Assembly: GCF_006345805.1 (NCBI RefSeq)
Contig: NC_043005.1
Coordinates: 49,166,001-49,230,000, forward strand
Source: Octopus sinensis
Lineage: Eukaryota
Direction: 5' to 3'
DNA length: 64,000 nucleotides
In this document: piece after piece, positions 50,701 to 59,700 of the stretch
Position numbering within the stretch: the stretch's first letter is position 1
Layout of the letters: every line of letters begins with the position of its first letter
Program-made: the position numbers and the translations under genes
The notes under the pieces: model-generated
What the model saw: the letters and a program-made list of their open reading frames with translations, nothing else
Told to the model about the DNA's origin: nothing
Databases searched by the model: none

Positions 50701-53700
50701 CACCTGATGATAAGCCACATCTCATGTGGTTTGCCTCTCAAAAAAGGTTGCCCATGCCTGATTTAGATTAATGAGTAGGGTCTAGGGTTAGGGTGAGTGA
50801 AGGTTTAGGATATGGGTTCACGCTTTAAGAAGAGGATTAAGATTTAGGAATGGATTCAAAGTAGAGTTGGGTTCAGCATTAAAAGATGGGTTTAATATAA
50901 GGGTTAAGATTTAGAGTCTAGAGTAGTGGTTCACAAGTGATGTTAAAATTTAAGTACATCATCATCATCATCGTTTAACGTCCGTTCTCCATGCTAGCAT
51001 GGGTTGGACGGTTTCACCGGGGATCTGGGAAGCCAGAAGGCTGCACCAGGCTCCGGTCTTATCTGGCAATGTTTCTACAGCTGGATGCCCTTCCTAATGC
51101 CAACCACTCCATGAGTGTAGTAGTAATGGAATGCTTACAGCACCTAGGTTTCCCAAGCGGTCACCCATCTAAGTACTAACTAGGCTCGATGTTGCTTAAC
51201 TCCGGTGATCAGACGAGAACCGGTGCTTTCAACGTAATATGGCCGTAAGCCAATAAATCAAATATATTTCTACAATACGCAAAAATATTTTTTAAATTTC
51301 TTTTATAAAATTCCAAATAATATCTAATTATAAAAATACAATTTTTTAAACATTGAATAGCTAGGAGGGTAAACATGAGTAAAATAGGAATCAAAGGAGT
51401 CCATAGATAAAAAAAAAATGGCTGAGAAGCGCTGGTCTGGAGTTATGATTTAAGGCTTAGGGTTTAAGGTTAGAAGTTTAGTTAGGGTTAGGGTTGGTCA
51501 AGGATGCAAATTTGAAAGACATTTCTGATTCTTAAAAAGCAACGACAAAAATAGTCACAGTTAGAAAGCTATAGATGTGATGAAATTTCTTTGCACATTA
51601 CAAATTTTGGCGATGTGATAAATTGTAACGAATGATTTGATATGAATTGTAATGAATGATTGATGATTCATTAAAATTCATAATTTTCATCATTGAGGAA
51701 AATTATGCATAAATAAATGTAACTTTAATATGTGATACAGGCTTTAGTTAGCCTGGGGTTTAAGTAGAAGACACTTGCCCAAGGTTCCACACAATGGAAC
51801 TGAACCCAGAACCATAGGGTTGAGAAGCACACTTCTTACCACACGGCCTGGTTGGCACCAATATAAGCTTATCAACCCTTTAGCATATAAACCAGTCATA
51901 TATGGAACAAATATTCTACTTGTTTTATATACAAACCAGCTAGATCCAACCTCTCTCACCTACTCTACAGTGTCATTCTACAAAAGGAAAACTCACATAA
52001 TTGAAATCTCAAAGCTATGAGATAATGCATGAGTAATTCAAAACAATGTGAATACATAAGCATTATATTTGACAGAATAATCTGAATGCTAAGGGGTTAA
52101 TAACAAAAAATTACAAACAATTTAACCCTTTTGAGGCCACCCTTGGTTTTATGATACAAAGTTCCTATTTTGAAGTAATCTAAATTACAGCTTCCCATCA
52201 AAATTTTACTAAATTTTTATCATTTTCAAAATTAACTGACACAAAGGTTGTGCATTTCAACAGAAATATGGTAATGAAAGGGTTAATAACTTACAGCTCC
52301 AGAAGCCTGAGCAGATGATGAGCCAAATATGAAAGAGGTCATGCGGCTTGTGATACCAGCAAGCATACCTTGTGAAGCTCTGATAATGCGATAGGAAATT
52401 GAATTCTGCAATAAATAAACATCATAAAAATTTTGATGAAGCCAGTTACAACAGGAATTGTAAAATCAATGTTTTTTAAAAGTAAAATATTACCTTTTAC
52501 ATCTTTGAAGTTACAAGGGTGTGCTGAAAAGTTCCTGGCTTTAAGGGTATTGTGAAAAGCCTGGTTGAAGGCCCAACCTTCCGAATTCTTTTACAAGGCT
52601 TAGAAAAACTGAAGGACCACTGCAATAAGTGTGTGAATGTGAGAGGGGAATACATTGAATAAATCATAATCCTCCTGTATTTTCTTCTACCCAAAACCAA
52701 GAACTTTTCAGCAACCCCTCATATATATATATCTATTTCTTAACTACCCACAAGGGGCTAAACACCGAGAGGACAAACAAGGACAGACAAAGGGATTAAG
52801 TCGATTACATCGACTCCAGTACGTAACTGGTACTTAATTTATCGACCCCAAAAGGATGAAAGGCAAAGTCGACCTCAGCGGAATTTGAACTCGGAACGTA
52901 ACGACAGACGAAATACGGCTACGCATTTCGCCCAGCATGCTAACATTTCTGCCAGCTCACCCTCATATACATATCATCATAAAAGACAAACTGAGTGAGC
53001 AATTTGAAAAATTAAGTACAATCAATAGATAAAAATGAAATTAAATGTTAAAAGTATTAAGTTAAAAATATATTGTTTCAAAAATATATTAAGAGAATAT
53101 GAGAAAACATTTAGTAATAGTAACAAATAATAAACTCACTTGTTCCGGAGTTGGAGAAAGAAGAACAAATGAGCTAGTCGTAGTAGCTAGAATACAACCA
53201 TGAGGCTGAAAAATAAAAGAAAATAGAATAAACATTTGATAACAATATATTCCATTTTCCAGCATACAAGTCAAATTTTTCAGGCCCAAGATCCCATGAG
53301 AAATGTAGCAGGATTTGGAAAATATGGTGATGATGTTCGAATGTTTACACTATATACTACAACAATTTGTATGCCGGAAAATATGGTATCTATAGTAATA
53401 GCTATATATACACACTGTAATGTACACAGTCATTATATATACATGTATAAATATAGCAGTGGTTCTCAACTGTGGCCCTCAAGCATCCTTCCAGTAGCCC
53501 TTGACAGCCTTCCCACTGACAGTCTTCCCAATGTGAATAAATAAGCATACAAATTTTTCTTTAATTGACTTGTTTTACTTTTTTTTTTGTATGATAGTGC
53601 ACTCATTTACAATTATCATGTGATGTCAAAGCAAAGGAAGCACACACACATTGCCTTGAGCTGACAAACACCTTGTGAGAAGAATTTCCCCAAGTGGAAA

Positions 53701-56700
53701 TTGTGTGGAAGCTCATCGCTAATGTGTATATATGTGGTGAGGTGTACCTGTTGTGTGTACATATGTCTTTTATTGATGTATATTGACAATATAATCATCG
53801 GTAAGGAACAAAAACAAAAAAAAAAAGCAGTGACTAACTGACTAGAAACCTATAACAGCACTACTGTTCACAAACTGAAATATAAAACAGATATAGAAAA
53901 ATAAATTTTAACCTGCAAATTAAAACAAACACTTTCTACACTAACTTGGTCGAGCTATTGTGACTTTTTAAAAAATTATATTTGAGGCCATAGAAATGCT
54001 GAAAGCACAGTATTTACCCTTGCTTTACTAACTGAGAAAAAAAAGTACTTTCTCCATGAATATTACTGTTGTGAATTTCTGGGTTTGTACTTTACATTTT
54101 TATGCATAGTACAACTCTGCCCTGATGTACAAACAAGGTTTTTAGCTGTTGCAAAACTTCTTTCTTAATTACAAAGGACCTGTACTTTTTTTCATGGGAA
54201 AAGAAGGATCACTGATTGTCAATACCTACACAGTCATCTCAAGCTGATAGAAATAGCAGACAAATCGCTTTCACAATAAACTTTACATTCTTAGAAGAAA
54301 GAAAAATACCTTGTGAGTGAAATTTAGTCCAAGTAATTGAGTAATGTAGTCTTAGTTATTCTATCATTTAAAAAAGATAAGATGATTATGTGTTGGACAC
54401 ATCTGATCACAGGTTTAATCAATCAGCACTGACCTAGGATTAAACAACTCTTACCATTTTCATATGTTAAACTGTATAAAAAAAATATTAAATCTAGCTG
54501 TTTAGCATTTAAACCAGCCATATCCACCCCAGATGTGGTACCTGTTACATATATTCAAACCAGCCAGATCCAGCCTCTCGCACCTACCCTACAATGTCCA
54601 TTTTGAAATAACAAGACAATGTATAATAAATTCAAAACAATGTGAATAAATAAGCATTGCATTTGACAATGAATTCTGAATGCTAAAGAGTAAAAGTAAA
54701 AATTATTACAATCAAATTGATAAATACCTGCAAATTAACAACACAGGCACATTCTTCTCCTTTCAGTTCTGCATTTATTTCAATGAAAGCAGTTTCATGA
54801 GCAATACTTGACCAGTATCGAACAACTCCCTCAGGTGACACAGCAATACATGCTGCTTGTTGAGACTCATTTGGATTACAGATAACACACACCCTGTTAG
54901 CATCATGTGCTAAATCACTCGGTGGAAGGGTCAGTTCTTTCACAATTCTTGAACTCTGTAAAAGAGAAGAGAAAAAGAACAAATGGATTTAATTATTTGA
55001 AAACAGCACAGTAGTTATATGAGGCACAGTGACTGAAAAGTTACAGAGATAGAGGGCCCTTTCAGATAGGAAGACCATGAGTTTAAAATTTGTAAAAGCA
55101 GCTATGGAAACGGAAGTAATCTAACACACATACATCTATAGATGTTTGTGGTAGAGTGAATAAAAGTTGGTAGATAACTATGATGCAACTCTCAAGTATA
55201 TTTATATCTATCTATTCCTATATATGTGTTCCTGTGATAAAGTTCAGCAAAATAGACCAATATAATAAGTACTAGGCTTACAAAGAATAAGTTCCAAGAT
55301 CAATTTGTTTGACTAAAGGCAGTGCTCCAGCATGGCTACAGTCAAATGACTGGAACAAGTAAAAGAATAAAAGAATCTATGTATTGTTCCAGCAGGTGAC
55401 AAGTTAAAAATGTTGTCTGGCCACTTAGAGGAGAGTACTCTTCCTGAACTTTCACAACTTGATCGAGCCAACATTCACCAGGTACCCAATCTATGTTCTA
55501 TAGTTGTGAGATTTAGACAATATGGGATCCTCAGGGAGCTGCCAGGATTTCATACCTACAACTCTACTAAGGAAACAGGATGCATCTTGTTACTCGTACA
55601 GCTCAAGAATGCCAGCCTGGACTGTTTGGTAATGTTTCTCGATTTTCCCAGTTAGACTCTGCTTGCTGTATTCTCTTCACTGAGGATCCAGCTGGGTGGA
55701 CCATGTCACATGGTCATAGCAGATGAAGTGGTATCTTGCAGAGATGAGGGACTGACAGGGACTCTGCTCAATGGGTCACCCAGGAGGACCAGGGAATATA
55801 CAGACAAATGATGAATGCAGCAACATGCTGCAACAGTACATGCCCCCGCACCTGACCTGAACTTTTGTTACATAGCTCCGATGAACCATAGGTGAAAGAG
55901 AATATATATTTTAATGGACTAACAATTCAACCAAATCCACTCACAAAGTTTTGGTCAGCCGGGGGCTGTAGTAGCAGACTCTAGCCCGAAGTGCCATGCA
56001 GTGGACTAAACCCAGAACCATGTGGATGGGAAGAAAACTTCTTAACACACAGCCACTTAAAAGTTACCTTCTCGATTCATGTCAACTCAGAAAGGTTGGT
56101 TTCCCAGTTTCATGGTATATATATTCCCCACCCGAATGGGATGCCAGTCTGTCACAGAATTTTTGCTAGCTGAGTGGACTGGAGCAATGTGAAATGAAAC
56201 GTCTTGCTCAAGAACACAAAGCATCACCCAGTCTAGGAATCGAAACCACAATCTTACAATGATGAGTCCAACACCCTAAACACTATGCCACACGCCTCCA
56301 TTCCTGTAGAATAAATACTGATGTTGATAAAATTAACTAAAAAGCCTGTTAAAATGACAGAAACTAATTAAAAAAAGTATTTCACTATCTTACAATATAA
56401 TATAAACTTGGAGGCAAGGAAATGAGACATGAATATATACTACTATCATCATTTAACGTCCATTTTCCATGCTGGCATGGGTTGGATGGTTTGCCAGAGA
56501 TGCACCAGGCTCTAGTTGTTCATTTTGGCATGGTTTCTAAGGCTGGATGCTCTTCCTAATAGCAACCGCTTTACAGAGAGTACTAGGTGTGCTTTATGTG
56601 ATAGCATACACCAGTGCTTTATATGTGACACCAGCACAGGTGCTTTTTACAAGACACCAGCACAAGTGCTTTTTACAAGACACTAGCACCTGCAGGGTCA

Positions 56701-59700
56701 CCAAGTAGATTGCAAGACAAAGACCTCTCAGCTGAGTGAGAAAGTAGAACCAAGAGAAGTGGTTGTGTGTCAGGCAAGAGATTAGAATACAATGGAGGGA
56801 CAGGAATAGTTGTCTTACACCAGAGGAGATACTTGGCTATCCCAGAAGAACAAAGAAGGAAAAGGAGGTGGGAGAGAGAAAGATAGAAACAGAGTAAGAG
56901 AGGGAGAGAGAAGAGGGGCTTACCCACAGGGAACAGTGGTGGGAAGTATAAATTGTACAGAGGGTATAGTGATGTTCCATAAAAGCATGAGGAGAGATAT
57001 TGAGAGATACCAAGTGATGGTGAGAAGAACCGGAAGGGCCTGCAATGGTAGGGTGGAAGAGATGAGGTGTGTGTGGGTTTTGCCAGAGGAAAGAATTATG
57101 TGTGAGGGAAAGGAGAAGGGATTTGAAAAGTAAATAACACACCTTCTCATAACTGCTCTGGTTGTAACGCCATATAAATAATTTTCGACCACCAACAAGC
57201 CATGCCCAGCCAGAAGGATCAATCTTGACAGTATATTCTGTAATTTCTACAATTAAAAAAAAAAAGAGAAAAGAATTGTGTCAAAAAACATACGTCATTT
57301 GAGTTCAACATTAAAAATAATAAATATTTTAGTAAAACTTTTTTATTTTTTATTTTAAGAGATTTCTCATATTTGGACTACCAATTAGGCTGGAGAAATA
57401 ATAAACATTAATTAGAAATTTGTAAGCAAGCTGAAAGTATGTACAAAATAACTGAATAAAAGCATCCTTAATATATATATATAAAATCTTTCCTTCTTTT
57501 TAATTGCTTCAGCCATTAGACTGTGTCCATGCTGGGGCACCACCTTGAAGAATTTTAGTCAAAGGAATTGACCTGATCCCAGTACTTATTCCATCAATTT
57601 CTTTTGCCAAACTGCTAAGTTACGGGGACATAAACACACCAACACCAGTTGTCAAGTGGTGACGGGGGACAGACACAGACACACACAATTTTTTTTCAAT
57701 TTCCATCTACCAAATTCACTCACAAGGATTTGGTTGGCCTGAGGCTATAATAGGAGACACTTGCCCAATGTCCCATGCAGTGGGATTGACCCTATATATA
57801 CAGCATTGCTTGAGTGATTGATTCCTCCAGTCAAGTTTTACATCATATAGACAGCAGGGGACAGATTAACGGAGTGATATAGAGATAGCATAAGATGAGC
57901 AGGTTGAGTGTTTATCAGCATTAGCACGGTCACCAAGTAACATTATTATTATTATTATTATTATATTATTATTATTATTATTATTATTACTATTTTCAGC
58001 TTCGCCTTGTATTGCATATTATTCTCCATACAGGGGTTTTTTCAATGGCGGCCCATTTTCGCGGGGTTCCACTATTTCCCTTCTCTCTCTCCCCTTTTAC
58101 GTTTCTGCCATCCCCCCTCTTCCTTTGCTAAGAGCATTTTTAAGCCAGCCCGTCATATTCCCGGTGCACCCGCCCTTGCCCACCCCCACCACCATACCCA
58201 ACCCACCACCATACCCACCCCACCAATACCGGATATCTCTATATTTTTGCTCCATCTATACCGGATGTCGCTTCTCCCACACCATTATAGGTGTCTACTC
58301 TTCGAACCCCCCTCTTCAATACGCTATTTGACCATGCATTACCCCTCTCTTGATATCCTACGTTCTACTTCTACTTGCCTAGAACCGTCATCATTTCTCT
58401 GAACCCCCCCCCCACTGGTGCTCCCCATATATTTCTCCCCCCCCCCATAAAAACACCATCCGAACGTGGCCGATGCCAGACCCCTCTGGCACCTGTGCAG
58501 GTGGCACGTAAAAACACCCACTACACTCGCGGAGTGGTTGGCGTTAGGAGGGCATCCAGCTGTAAAACACTGCCAGACTAGACTGGAGCCTGGGCTCCCG
58601 AGCTCCCCAGACCCCGGTCGAAACCGTCCAACCCGTGCTAGCGCGGAAAACGGACGTTAAATGATGATGATGATGAATATATATATATATATATATTCAT
58701 TCCTTTATAAATATATACATAATTTAATTAAATCAAGGATATAAAATCCTCTTAAAAAAGATGTCAGCATCCAAGTTTCCCTGACAAAATGTCCAATTAG
58801 TTATATTCAATATGAAACTTTAATTTAATTTAATTTGATATAATTTCTTTTATTGAATGAATTGGGCATGGAAACAATTGTAGGTGCTATGAATTTGTTT
58901 TTGTTTGAAATTGAATATGTTCTAATAAAGTGATGTCTATATCTCAATTTCTGTTTTCTTTTTCTCATATATATATATATATAAATATACATACATACAC
59001 ACACAGATAGGTTTTCAATGAAGTAAACTGAGATTATGCCAACAAAATTTAGAAAAACAATTCAGTTGTTTTAGACCATTCTTCCCTTTATCCAACACTT
59101 TGTTACCACAAACTCCTGTAACTTTAGCCTTTTTCACTTTTCTTTCAGATTTATTATAGGTGTAGGAATGGCTGTGTGGTAAGTAGCTTCCTTACCAACC
59201 ACATGGTTCCGGGTTCAGTCCCACTGCATGGCACCATGGGCAAGTGTCTTCTACTATAGCCTCAGGCCAACCAAAGTCCTGTGAGTGGATTTGGTAGACG
59301 GAAACTGAAAGAAGCCCATCGTATATATGTATGTGGTGTGTGTATGTTTGTGTGTCTGTGTTTGTCCCCCCAACATAACTTGACAACCGATGCTGGTGTG
59401 TTTACGTCCCCGTCACTTAGCAGTTTGACAAAAGAGACCAATAGAAAAAGTACCAGGCTTACAAAGAATAAGTCCTGGGGTTGATTTACTCGACTAAAGG
59501 TGGTGCTCCAGCATGGCCGCAGTCAAATGATTGAAACAAGTAAAAGAGAGTATTATGTAATCGACATTCTCAAAAAAATATGCATTTTAATATGAATTAT
59601 AAGGAAAGGTAATTGGGAAGGGGGAAATGATCTGAAATTCCTCCAAAAGAAGTTATTTTAATGTTATCAACATCATCATAACATATGCCATGGAAAATGT

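Noticed and set aside
58007-58402. 131-aa Pro-rich ORF
   Set aside because: Lies in the low-complexity, probably low-quality C-rich stretch
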